DNA of 64,000 nucleotides from an uncultured delta proteobacterium (GTDB lineage Bacteria > Desulfobacterota > WTBG01), in the NCBI GenBank assembly GCA_963793865.1, contig CAWCBP010000010.1:45635-109634 (forward strand), read 5' to 3'. The position numbers and the translations under genes were made by a program. This document shows, one piece after another, positions 35,162 to 45,139 of the stretch. The notes below the pieces were generated by a model. The model saw only the letters and a program-made list of their open reading frames with translations. It did no database searches and was not told the origin of the DNA. How positions within the stretch are numbered: the first letter of the stretch is position 1; each line of letters opens with the position of its first letter.

Positions 35162-35187
35162 GCAGTTATTCCTCCCTGTCCGGCGCC

Positions 35188-36648
35188 TTAAAAGCAAAGA
35201 TGTCCGGGATTGCAGATGTGGTTCGGGTCGATCTCCCTCTTTATCTCTTTGAGCTTCTGGGTGTACGTGCCGGCGCGGCTGTACACCAGGTCCGCCCATA
35301 TTCCGTAGGGCCGGTCAAAGAAGGCGCCGCCCTCATCAATGAACCTTCTGCTGACTTCCTCCCAGAGATTTTTGACCCGTGCCACATCGTTTGTATCGTT
35401 CGGATTACAATGGAGGTCGGCCTCGCAGTGGCAGGCGCGTCCCCGTTCAATGGGCAGCACGTACACACCGATGTCCTGCAGGGGATAGTTATATTCGTTG
35501 ATAAATTCCATGACAATTCTCTGAAACAGGGGCACCTTGCTCAGCGGCGTCTTGAATGAAACATCATGGACTGACCCGCGGTAGCAGAACTTTTTCAATA
35601 TGCCCCAGGGGCGCAGCACCTCTGCAAGTAAGATGTTCTCGAGGTGGCTGTCGTTGAGGGTTTGCAGGCGCGCCATCGAGGCAATGGCCATGAGTGCTTC
35701 TTCTTCGTAGGCGATCTTTTTTTCCGGCATGCGCGGGCCGCCATTCAGGCAGACGGCCATCAGCCAGTCAGGCAGCGTGCTTCGAAGCGCGTCAAAATCC
35801 CTGGACTGAATCATCGGGGCGGGAATGTGATCAGGAACATTCCAGTCTTTGCAGAGCAGCGCCGCCAGGTTGAAGTTGTTGATTAAAAAGCATTCATGGC
35901 CGATCTCTTTGCGCTGTATCATGCGCAGGGGTTCTATGGCTTCCGGGAATGAATCAAACTGGAACAGCACCATCTTTCTCTTGGTGGGGAGATATTCCAC
36001 CTTGATGTTCATCTTGGTCATAATGCCCAGCGTTCCCTGCGCGCCGGTCCACAGCCGGTTGACCATGGCCCGGACCGGTCCCATCGGAGATCCCGGCGTG
36101 TTGCCTGAAGACCAGAGACCGGTGCGGAACAGCTCCCCGGTGGGCAGCACCAGCTCCGTATCTAAAATGAGCTCGTTGCCGTATTCAAAGCTGGCCGCGG
36201 CAACCGCCGGGTCCCGCTCCAGGAAGCTGGTCAGGGCGGAGCGACGGGGATGCACCCCGAAGGGGAGCATCGCCCGGAGCTGATGTTTTTCCAGCTCATC
36301 CTGCAGCCGGCTGACGGTTACCCCCGGCTCGATGATGCAGGACCAGTTCTCGGTATCCACCGCCAGTATTTTATTCATGCGCGAAAGGTTCAGTATAATG
36401 CCGCCCTGACGGGGGATGGTGCCGCCGTGGAGATTCAATCCGGAGCTGTAGGGAATCAACGGCATTCGCGTCCTGTTGGCGTATTTCACCACCTCCTGGA
36501 TCTGCGCCACCGTTTCCGCAAACACAACCAGGTCGGGCTTGCGGGGACGAACAAAGCTCTGGTCACGTGAATACGACAGCAGCGTTTCATCGTCATCAAA
36601 AACAGATTCTTTGCCAATGATGCCGGTTACATCGTCCTTGATTGACAT
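35188..36648 (-). CDS. FAD-linked oxidoreductase (FAD_binding_4, GlcD-like)
   Basis: PDLVVF, GGIILNLSRMNKI, IEPGVT, GAQGTLGI, IDPNHICNPG. Confidence 0.9.
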   Translation of the reverse strand: MSIKDDVTGIIGKESVFDDDETLLSYSRDQSFVRPRKPDLVVFAETVAQIQEVVKYANRTRMPLIPYSSGLNLHGGTIPRQGGIILNLSRMNKILAVDTENWSCIIEPGVTVSRLQDELEKHQLRAMLPFGVHPRRSALTSFLERDPAVAAASFEYGNELILDTELVLPTGELFRTGLWSSGNTPGSPMGPVRAMVNRLWTGAQGTLGIMTKMNIKVEYLPTKRKMVLFQFDSFPEAIEPLRMIQRKEIGHECFLINNFNLAALLCKDWNVPDHIPAPMIQSRDFDALRSTLPDWLMAVCLNGGPRMPEKKIAYEEEALMAIASMARLQTLNDSHLENILLAEVLRPWGILKKFCYRGSVHDVSFKTPLSKVPLFQRIVMEFINEYNYPLQDIGVYVLPIERGRACHCEADLHCNPNDTNDVARVKNLWEEVSRRFIDEGGAFFDRPYGIWADLVYSRAGTYTQKLKEIKREIDPNHICNPGHLCF

Positions 36649-36686
36649 GCCGTTTTCTCCTGCACAGGTACAATGAGTTGTGGTAT

Positions 36687-36748
36687 TATGACTGCGGTCA
36701 TTTAAATATGACTGCGGTCACATTATAAGATTTAAAATTCCCTGTCAA
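36687..36748 (-). promoter_or_regulatory. sigma70 promoter overlapped by two tandem palindromic operators (TGAC-N4-GTCA)
   Basis: TATGACTGCGGTCA at 36687 and 36707; TTGACA (36748-43) and TATAATGT -10 region (36727-20) on minus strand. Confidence 0.8.
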
Positions 36749-36886
36749 GCAAAATAAAAAATAATTTTAAACCATGCGCGGTCCGGGATTACACCGTATG
36801 CTTCCCGTATGGCGAAGGGGACACACGATGGGGGGTAGGATTTAAACGGCTGGTTTATATGCAGAAAATCCGGGGTGATTATAGTG

Positions 36887-36917
36887 AAAAAATCCCTCTG
36901 TGATGAAGACAGAGGGG
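36887..36917 (-). terminator. intrinsic terminator after TetR gene
   Basis: CCCTCTGT/ACAGAGGG stem followed by T6 on minus strand. Confidence 0.65.
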
Positions 36918-36970
36918 CTGGAAAAGATCATTCAAGCTGCCGGTCGGGGTATGCTACCGCATAAGCGTGT

Positions 36971-37573
36971 TTAGCTTTTGGTTGTTTCAACCCCGTTGAG
37001 AATATACTGAACCGCCTCTTTGATGCGTGCGACGCACTCCTTCTTGGTTTTTATGAAGCCGTTGGTCCAGTAGATGACGTACATGGTGTAGAGGGCGAAT
37101 ATCATTTCGGTCAACCGTCGCGAATCCACATCAGGCCTGATTTCTCCCTGTTGTTTTGCCCGTTCGATTGACCGGAAGATCTCCTCCATCAGCCGCAGTT
37201 CATTCTTGTTCTTGCCGGTTCCGATGTTTCCGATCCGCTCTTTGATGAGAACCTTGGTGAATTCCCTGTCGGAGAAAATATGCTTGATGTAGGAGGAAAC
37301 CGAAAGCTCAATCTGGTCAATGAAGGTTTGCTGATCGCTCCTTTTTTGCGCGATCTCCGCTTCGCTTTTCCCGTATTCCCGATCAAGAAAATGAAGCAGC
37401 ACATCCTCTTTTTTATCAAAAAAATTGTAAAAGGTGCCCTTGGCGACCCGCGCCCTCCGGGTTATGCTCTCAACACTGGTTTTCTCAAAACCCTTTTTGG
37501 CGCAAAGCTCCAGTGCCGCGGTGACGATCCGCTCCTCTGTGACATCTCTTGAACGGTCGCGCTTCTGTGCCAT
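36971..37573 (-). CDS. TetR/AcrR-family transcriptional regulator
   Basis: KGFEKTSVESITRRARVAKGTFYNFFDKKEDVL HTH. Confidence 0.93.
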   Translation of the reverse strand: MAQKRDRSRDVTEERIVTAALELCAKKGFEKTSVESITRRARVAKGTFYNFFDKKEDVLLHFLDREYGKSEAEIAQKRSDQQTFIDQIELSVSSYIKHIFSDREFTKVLIKERIGNIGTGKNKNELRLMEEIFRSIERAKQQGEIRPDVDSRRLTEMIFALYTMYVIYWTNGFIKTKKECVARIKEAVQYILNGVETTKS

Positions 37574-37675
37574 GGGTCAGGTTGAGGTCAGGCCGGAGAG
37601 GCATGCCCCACAGCGGTGAGGCTGCCGGCCGGCGAGGGAGATTCCCGGGAGCAGCCGGGTGCGCCCGGTCAGTGG

Positions 37676-38716
37676 TTAGAGTACGCCGATCGCCGCGAGA
37701 TCAACATGCTCGCGTATGAGCGATGTTAAAAGCTCGATGGCCGCCGGGTCATCCTTGGTCAGGAGCGGCTCCAGCTGCTCAATTTGCCGCTGAACCTGGT
37801 AGGTGTCGGGGTTCACCAGGAGCAGGGGAGTTCCCCGGTCTTCGGCCATGGAGATGATGTTGGACGGCGGAAGGATGTTGTTGGTGAGGATAATGCCCGC
37901 CGCGTCGGCTTCCAGGGCGACCAGAATCATGTCGCTCCTGTCACCGCCGGTAATGATCAGCTTGGCTTCCTTTTTGAAAATGGGCTTGTTCTGGGCGACG
38001 CTTCCCGACATGGCGCCGATGACCAGGTTTTTTATTTTCCGGTCAAGGTTCTTGTCCGCGGTAAGCACCTTGGCGAAAAGCCTGTCCGCCAGGTAGCGCA
38101 GGGAAAAATAGGTGAATTCCCGCTCATAGGGGATGATGCCCAGCACGGGAATGCCGGTCTTGGTGATCTCCGGTATGGAGACCTCCCTGAAATCCTGCAC
38201 GTTACGCACCTTGTTGACGATGATGCCGGCGAGGTCGATGCCGGTCAGGTCCACGTTCTTCTTGAGGAACATGATGTCATCGAGAATGCTGTCGTCATCC
38301 CCTCCGATCATGAAGAGCAGCCGCCCCTTCAGGTAGCGCGCCAGCGAAAGGGCGTCGAGATGCACCGAGTGCCCGTAGGTGATGGCCTTTCCCCCCTCCA
38401 CCATCAGCATGTCCTTTCCCGCCGACATTTCCCCGGCCAGCTCCAGCACCTTTTCCCGGATGCTGTCTTCATTGTACATGTAGCGCAGCTTGGAGTGATC
38501 GAAGCCGATGCTCATGGTTTCCGGCTCTTCACCGATGGAAAAGACATCGGCGATAAGCGCCGCGTCGTAGTCCCAGAGCCTCTTTTTGCTGTACAGCAGC
38601 CGGTCGCCGAACGGTTTCATGTAGCCGATGTTTTTGCCGGACAGCTTTGACAGACCCACAATGAGGCTGGTCTTGCCGGCGCTGGCCCTCAGTGAAGCAA
38701 TTACTAATGTGTTCAT
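37676..38716 (-). CDS. phosphotransacetylase N-terminal-like protein (AAA_26 + DRTGG)
   Basis: SAGKTS, GYMKPFG, VEGG, ITGGDRSD, ILTNN. Confidence 0.85.
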   Translation of the reverse strand: MNTLVIASLRASAGKTSLIVGLSKLSGKNIGYMKPFGDRLLYSKKRLWDYDAALIADVFSIGEEPETMSIGFDHSKLRYMYNEDSIREKVLELAGEMSAGKDMLMVEGGKAITYGHSVHLDALSLARYLKGRLLFMIGGDDDSILDDIMFLKKNVDLTGIDLAGIIVNKVRNVQDFREVSIPEITKTGIPVLGIIPYEREFTYFSLRYLADRLFAKVLTADKNLDRKIKNLVIGAMSGSVAQNKPIFKKEAKLIITGGDRSDMILVALEADAAGIILTNNILPPSNIISMAEDRGTPLLLVNPDTYQVQRQIEQLEPLLTKDDPAAIELLTSLIREHVDLAAIGVL

Positions 38717-38718
38717 GT

Positions 38719-40834
38719 TTAGCTCCCTCGCTCAGTTGAGAGTAAAATTCTGACGTCCACTGCTTTTGCACCCAGTCCCTGCTCGTAGACCATAAGGGGA
38801 TTGATTTCTATGTCGGAGATGGTTTTTGATTTCCTGATCAGCGAGCTGATTTTCACGATGGTGCTGATGAAGGTCTCCATGTCCTTTTTCTCCTGCCCGC
38901 GCACTCCCAGCAGCAGCGGGTAGGACTTGGTCTCCTTGATCATGTTCATGATTTCCCTGCGGGAAAGGGGACAGGCCCTGAAGGCCACGTCCTTGAGCAC
39001 CTCGATGTAGATGCCGCCGAGCCCGCACATGATCACCGGGCCGAAGACCGGGTCTTTGCGCGCGCCCACCACGGTCTCGATGTCCTTCTGTATCATTTCC
39101 GCGATCTCGACCCCCTCGAGCTGGGCGTTGGGGTTGTATGCCTTGCAGCTGCTCATGATGGCCTCGTAGGCATCAATTACCTCATCCTTGTTCTCGAGGT
39201 CAAGGGCGACACCGCCCGCGTCGCTCTTGTGGATGATGTCCCGTGACACAATCTTCATCACCAGCGGATAGCCCATCTCTTCGGCGCGGGCCACGGCCTC
39301 AGTCAGGTTCCTGGCCACCGCCGTTTTGGGAACGGTGATCCCGATGATCTCCATGATTTTTTGCGCCTCGCGGGAGAGGAGAAAGTAGCGGTTTTCCTGC
39401 AGGGCCTTCCTGCATATGGCATCGATGGGTTCGATGTCTATGGGGACATCTTCAAATTCGTCGGACTGGGCGGCCAGGTAACGCTGGTAGCTGTACAGGC
39501 TTCCCAGGCAGGCGATGGCCTCATACACGTCTCCGAAGAGGGGCACCCCTTTTCTGCTCAGCGCGGTGATGCAGTTTTCTATGTCCTCTCCCCCCACGGT
39601 CACAAACAGGACGGGCTTTCCCCCGTTCGGCATATTTCAGGTACACTTCTTCCAGGGTTTTTTGCAGGTCTGCCGCGGCGAAGACCGCGGTTTCACAATA
39701 CAGCGCAACGCTGGCGCCGATGTTCCCATCGTTCAGCGCCACGCTCAGCGCGCTGTCATAGGCGCTGCTGGTGGCGCCCCCGGTGATGTCGATGGGGTTT
39801 TTGGTGGAGCCGAAGCTGGGGGTGACGGGGGCATACAGCTCTTTGAGCGCTTCGCTGTCATCGTAGAGGCGTATCTGGTGGCGCTCGCAGGCGTCGGTGG
39901 CCATGACCCCTATGCCGCCGCCGTTGGTGACAATCAGCGTGTCCTCGGTTGTCGGAAGGGGAGAACCGGCCAGGAACTTGCAAAGATTGAACGCATCCTG
40001 GATGCTGTCGGCGCGGAGCACCCCGTTCTGCCGGAGAATGGCATCGACAATGTCATCGGCGCCGGCAAGCGCGCCGGTGTGCGATGCCGCGGCAACCGCC
40101 CCGCGGGCGGAACGCCCCGACTTGATCACCACCACCGGCTTGTGGCTCGTCGCCTTTTTTACCGCGGTGATGAATCGTTCCCCGTTTTTAATCCCCTCGA
40201 TGTACATGAATATGACCTTGGTTCGCTCCTGGAGCATCAGGTACTCGAGCAGGTCCGCTTCGTCAACGTCGGACTTGTTCCCCACCGAGACGATGCTTGA
40301 GAGGCCGATGTTGTCAACCTTGGTTTTGCCGATCATGGCCAGGCCCAGGGCGCCGCTCTGGGTGATGATGGCGACGTTGCCGGGCAGGATGTTGCCCGGG
40401 CCGAAGGTCGCGTCGAGCGAGGCCGCGGCTGAATAAATGCCGAAAATGTTGGGGCCGACGATGCGCATGCCGTGATCCAGCGCGTAGGCGGCAATCTTTT
40501 TTTCCTCCTCGCTGTTTCCCACCTCGGAGAAGCCCGAGGTGATGATGAGGTTGTACTTCACGCCTTTGGCGGCGCAGCTCTGCACCGACTCGAACACGCG
40601 CGGCGCCGGTATGACGGTGCACACCACGTCAATGCTGTCTTCAATGTCCCCGATCTGCTTGTACATCGGGAGATTGAGCACCGTGCCCCCGGAAGGATTG
40701 ACCGGGTAGAGGCTTCCCTTGTAACCGCTGGCGAGAATGTTGTTCACCACCGTGTAGCCGATCTTTTTGCTGTCGGTCGATGCGCCGATGACCGCAATGC
40801 TTTTTGGTTCAAACAGGCTGCGTATGTTGTTCAT
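38719..40834 (-). CDS. ADP-forming acetate/acyl-CoA ligase (alpha-beta fusion); extra A near 39617
   Basis: AVIGAS, SGFSEVG, GPNIFG, QSGA, VSVGNK, SHTGALAG, NGGGIGV, NPIDITG; ATP-grasp MKIVS..HKSDAGGV..EINP. Confidence 0.92.
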
Positions 40835-40845
40835 GGGATGATCAC

Positions 40846-42744
40846 TCAGGATTCCTTGAATACAAGTTTTAGTTCATATACCTTTTCGCTTCGCCGCTTT
40901 TCTATATCAAACCCGCCCTTTTGAAACACCTGCATCATGGAGTTGTTTTCGACCAGCACCTCGGCGGTGAAGCCGAGCAGCCCCTGTCTCCGTGCCAGGT
41001 AGGTGAGATAGGAGAGCAGTTCGGTCCCGACGCCCTTGTTGTGAAAATCGTCCCGCACCACGAAAGCCACCTCCGCGGTATAGGAAAGGGTATTGACGGC
41101 ATATTGCCCCACGCCCACCAGCTCCTCCATGCTGCCGCCTTCGGCCAGCGCCAGGATGATCAGCTCCTGGGTGTAGTCGATGACCGCGAACTCCTGGAGC
41201 CGCTCGTGAGGCATGTCCTTCCTGGTGGAGATGAAACGCTGGTACATGCTTTTATCGGAAAGGGAGTAGAAAAAGTCCTTGAGCAGCGGCTCGTCGCTTA
41301 TTTTAACCGGCCTGAGCATGATTCTCATCCCGGTGAAGGTGGTGCGGTAGGTTTCAAGCGCCTCGGGATACATGCCGCGCTCTCCGGGGATGAATGCCTG
41401 ATCACTGTAGATGAGCTTTTCTTTTTTCGCCTCTTCGATAAGCCAGGGCCTGAATTTGGGGTGGGCGATGGCAATCAAATCCATGGCCCGCTCCCGGATG
41501 TTTTTCCCCTGGAGATAGGCGATGCCGTATTCCGTCACCACGTAGTTAAGGTCGCCCCTGACCAGGGTTACTCCCGCTCCCTCATCGAGGAGGGGTACGA
41601 TGCGTGAATGCTTTCCGTCGTTTGAAGTGGAGCGCAGGATGAGAATGGTTTTGCCGCCCGCTGACAGGGTCGCGCCCCGCATAAAATCCGCATGTCCCCC
41701 GACCCCGCTGTAAAAAAATCTGCCCAGCGATTCGGAGCTTGACTGCCCGGTGAGATCTATCTGAAGCGCCGAATTGATTGCCACCATGTTGTTCTGGCCG
41801 GCAATGGTAAGCGGATTGTTGGTGATGTCAATGGTGCGGAAATCCACGGCGGGGTTATCGTCGATGAAGTCGTACGTCTCTTTTGAGCCCATGCAGAAGG
41901 AAGCCACCGTTTTCCCCCTGCCGATGGTTTTTTGCGAATTGTCAACCACCCCCATTTTCATGAGCTTTACAATGCCATCCGGCAGGAGTTCCGTGTGCAC
42001 CCCCAGGTGTTTCTTGGTGGTCAGGCTGTCCATGATGGCATTGGGGATCCGTCCGTACCCCACCTGAATGGTGTCCCCGTCCTGAACCAGGCGCGACACG
42101 TAATTCCCGATCTTGGCGTCGATTTCGTCCGACTCCCTGGAGTTGAATTCAATCAGCGGCTCATCATGAGGCACAATAAAGTGAACGTCGTTCACGTGGA
42201 TGAAGGTGTCGCCATGCACCCGGGGCATGGAGGAATTTACCTGGACGATCACCAGCGCGGCGGTTTCCACCGCGGCTTTGACGATATCCACGCTGATGCC
42301 CAAACTCATATATCCGAGTTTGTCGGGGAGAGAGGTCTGCACGAGGGCAATGTCGAATTTAATGATGCCCTGGCGGAGCAGGGGAGGAACCTTTGAGAGG
42401 AAGAGGGGAGTGTAGTCAGCGAGACCCTGGTTGACGGCGTCACGGGTGTTGTCACCGACAAAGAAGGAGTTGAGCCTGAAATTGCGCTTAAACTTCTGGT
42501 TGGTGTAGGGGGCCACCCCCAGCGTCCAGACATGAAAAACTTCCGCGTCAAAGAATGCCTTGGGATTTCTGGCCGCGTAATCGGTGAGCGCCTGCACCAG
42601 GTATTGGGGTTCCGCGCAGGCGGTGCCGATAAAAATCCGGTCTCCCCGGTTGACATGCTTGAATATGGCGTCTTCTGAGGCAAACTTCTCAGGGTAGGAT
42701 TTTTTCAGCTCCTCCAGTGCCGCCTTGTTTTTTTCCATGGTCAT
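40846..42744 (-). CDS. acetyl-CoA hydrolase/transferase fused to C-terminal GNAT domain
   Basis: DTIQVGYG, GVHTE, SALQIDLTGQ, GVGGHADF, VTEYG; GNAT EVAFVVRDDFHNKGVG. Confidence 0.9.
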   Translation of the reverse strand: MTMEKNKAALEELKKSYPEKFASEDAIFKHVNRGDRIFIGTACAEPQYLVQALTDYAARNPKAFFDAEVFHVWTLGVAPYTNQKFKRNFRLNSFFVGDNTRDAVNQGLADYTPLFLSKVPPLLRQGIIKFDIALVQTSLPDKLGYMSLGISVDIVKAAVETAALVIVQVNSSMPRVHGDTFIHVNDVHFIVPHDEPLIEFNSRESDEIDAKIGNYVSRLVQDGDTIQVGYGRIPNAIMDSLTTKKHLGVHTELLPDGIVKLMKMGVVDNSQKTIGRGKTVASFCMGSKETYDFIDDNPAVDFRTIDITNNPLTIAGQNNMVAINSALQIDLTGQSSSESLGRFFYSGVGGHADFMRGATLSAGGKTILILRSTSNDGKHSRIVPLLDEGAGVTLVRGDLNYVVTEYGIAYLQGKNIRERAMDLIAIAHPKFRPWLIEEAKKEKLIYSDQAFIPGERGMYPEALETYRTTFTGMRIMLRPVKISDEPLLKDFFYSLSDKSMYQRFISTRKDMPHERLQEFAVIDYTQELIILALAEGGSMEELVGVGQYAVNTLSYTAEVAFVVRDDFHNKGVGTELLSYLTYLARRQGLLGFTAEVLVENNSMMQVFQKGGFDIEKRRSEKVYELKLVFKES

Positions 42745-42965
42745 GCCGAACTAATTCCCTTGATAGGTATCCACCCCCGCAGCGCTATATACCATATTTC
42801 ATTTTAAACTGTCACATGTTTTTTTATTTTTTTGACTGATTTTTTTGGCAGATTTTGATTGAAATACAGCCGGATATCGTTTAAACAGCACTATCGGCCT
42901 TTGTGATGCGATCTCACGTTCATTCATTGATTTTCATTCCAACAAGCCGGAAAGGGGGTTGCCTG

Positions 42966-43361
42966 ATGGAACAGATTCAGGTCAGAACCAGCAGGCGGGT
43001 TGAATTCCTGGATATTACGGGCAGGGTTGAGGCTGCGGTAAAAAGAAGCGGCATCACCAGCGGTGTGTGTATTGTTTTCATTCCCCACACCACGGCAGGC
43101 GTGACCATCAACGAAAATGCCGATCCGAATGTCATCCGGGACATCATAAAGGAGCTGGACACGATTGTCCCTCTCGACGATAACTACACCCACGGGGAGG
43201 GGAATTCAGCGGCCCACATCAAATCGAGCCTCATGGGGTGTTCGCAGCAGGTGATGGTTGAGGAGGGCAGGCTGGTGCTGGGTACCTGGCAATCAGTATT
43301 TTTCTGCGAGTTTGACGGTCCGCGCAGCAGAAGCGTGTGGGTGAAGGTCATGGGCGAATAA
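42966..43361 (+). CDS. yjbQ: YjbQ / UPF0047 family protein
   Basis: PHTTAGVTINENADP, NSAAHIKS, LGTWQ..FCEFDGPR. Confidence 0.93.
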   Translation: MEQIQVRTSRRVEFLDITGRVEAAVKRSGITSGVCIVFIPHTTAGVTINENADPNVIRDIIKELDTIVPLDDNYTHGEGNSAAHIKSSLMGCSQQVMVEEGRLVLGTWQSVFFCEFDGPRSRSVWVKVMGE

Positions 43362-43401
43362 GGGAAGAGGGAAGAGAACCTTACTGCAAGCGGGTACGGC
43401 A

Positions 43402-43737
43402 TTGAAGAACAGTGATATTCCTTTGTACACATCGAAACCAACCTGGAAAAGCCTCGGTAATACATATTATGTGTATGCGGACAGGATTGCACTCCGATGC
43501 CGATTTGTGTTTTTTACCAAAACACTGATCATCAAAAGGGATGATCTCATCTCCATCGGTGTTTTCAATCCCCCGGTGATTAGAAGCGCATTCTGGGCTT
43601 TAAAGCTTGACCTGGCTGATGTGTTTGAACATGTCGGTATCAGGAGAAAAAACGGATTCTTTACCCGGCTCAGATTTACCCCGGCAAATCCGGAGGAATT
43701 TGTTGCGACAGTCAGAACGCTGTTCAAGTTGTCATGA
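43402..43737 (+). CDS. hypothetical protein (111 aa)
   Basis: fills gap between yjbQ and MFS in the same direction; FTPANPEEF ending resembles PH-like small proteins. Confidence 0.55.
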   Translation: MKNSDIPLYTSKPTWKSLGNTYYVYADRIALRCRFVFFTKTLIIKRDDLISIGVFNPPVIRSAFWALKLDLADVFEHVGIRRKNGFFTRLRFTPANPEEFVATVRTLFKLS

Positions 43738-43750
43738 GCGGCATCCGGTC

Positions 43751-45016
43751 ATGCGAACAGTAATCACCCCGAGCCTGGTCAAAAGACGATACCTGCACAT
43801 CATCCTCCCGGCCTTTATCGGCTCCGTCATCGCCTACCTCGACCGCGTCAATATTGCCTATGCAGCACTCACCATGAACGCGGACCTTCGCTTTTCCGCG
43901 GAGGTGTTCGGCATGGGGGCGGGCATCTTTTTCGCCGGCTATGTCCTTTTTGAGGTGCCGGGCGCGCTTATCGCCGAGCGGTGGAGCCCGCGCATCTGGC
44001 TCGCCCGCATCATGATCACCTGGGGCATCATCGCCTGCGGGATGGCATTTATCCAGAATGCCGGGCAGTTTTACCTGGTGCGCTTCCTGCTGGGTGCCGC
44101 CGAAGCCAGCTTCTACCCGGTGGTGTATGCCAGCGTCATCCCGCGCTGGTTTACGCCTGAGGAACGGCCCCGTGCCCTGGCGCTCATGCTCACCTCGCTC
44201 CCGCTTGCAGCCATTATCGGCTCCCCGCTCGCGGGCTGGCTGCTCGGGGTCGAATGGTTCGGATTGCAAGGCTGGCAGATCCTCTTCATCATGGAGGCGG
44301 TTCCGGCGGTCATCTTTGGCATCGTGATCCTGTTTGTGCTCGCGGACTGGCCGGATAAGGTGAGCTGGCTCACGCCCGAAGAGAAAGGGCGCTTGATGGC
44401 GCTGTACCGGCAGGAAAAAGCCGCCAAAGAGGCGGCCAGGAAATATACCGTGTGGCAGGCGCTCCGCGACCGGGAGGTGCTCAAGCTCTGCCTGATCTAT
44501 TTTTTGTGGATTACCGGCTACTGGGGTTTCAACTACTGGATGCCCACGGCGCTCAAGGAAGTGTCGGGGTGGTCAAACCTGGCTATCGGCTGGCTGGTGG
44601 TCATTCCCATGTCTCTCGCGCTTATGGCCATGCTCTTCACGGCGGGCTCCTCCGCCAAGACCGGTGAGAAGCGGTGGCACGGCGCCCTGCCCATGTTCAT
44701 CGGGGCGGCGGGGATGGGTATCGGCGCCTTCATAGGCGAGCCGTACCTCAATTTCATCTTTGTCATGCTCACCGCGATCGGCGTGTACAGCGCTTTTGGC
44801 GTGTGGTGGTCATACCCGACAACCTTCCTCTCCGGCATGGCTGCCGCCGGTGCGGTCGGCCTTATCAACTCCTTCGGCAATGTCGGGGGCTATGTCGGTC
44901 CCTATCTGACCGGTTTTATCAAGACGGCGACCGGTTCGTTTCACCTCGCCTACGTGTATCTCGCCTGCTCGCTGGCCGCTGCCGGGGTGCTGATGCTGAC
45001 CCTGAAGAAGCGGTAG
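43751..45016 (+). CDS. MFS transporter, anion:cation symporter family
   Basis: AYLDRVNI, FEVPG, ARIMITWG, RFLLGAAEA, GWQILF, INSFGNVGG; start approximate. Confidence 0.92.
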   Translation: MRTVITPSLVKRRYLHIILPAFIGSVIAYLDRVNIAYAALTMNADLRFSAEVFGMGAGIFFAGYVLFEVPGALIAERWSPRIWLARIMITWGIIACGMAFIQNAGQFYLVRFLLGAAEASFYPVVYASVIPRWFTPEERPRALALMLTSLPLAAIIGSPLAGWLLGVEWFGLQGWQILFIMEAVPAVIFGIVILFVLADWPDKVSWLTPEEKGRLMALYRQEKAAKEAARKYTVWQALRDREVLKLCLIYFLWITGYWGFNYWMPTALKEVSGWSNLAIGWLVVIPMSLALMAMLFTAGSSAKTGEKRWHGALPMFIGAAGMGIGAFIGEPYLNFIFVMLTAIGVYSAFGVWWSYPTTFLSGMAAAGAVGLINSFGNVGGYVGPYLTGFIKTATGSFHLAYVYLACSLAAAGVLMLTLKKR

Positions 45017-45139
45017 GCGGTCAAAAGGAGGCACCCGGGCAATCAGAAGGGGCGACGCCGGTAGCCCCTACCTCCAAATAGAGCTAGTTGAGCTATTTGA
45101 ATAGTAACGGTCCTCCCCCACGCGCAAGCACAGGGGATG

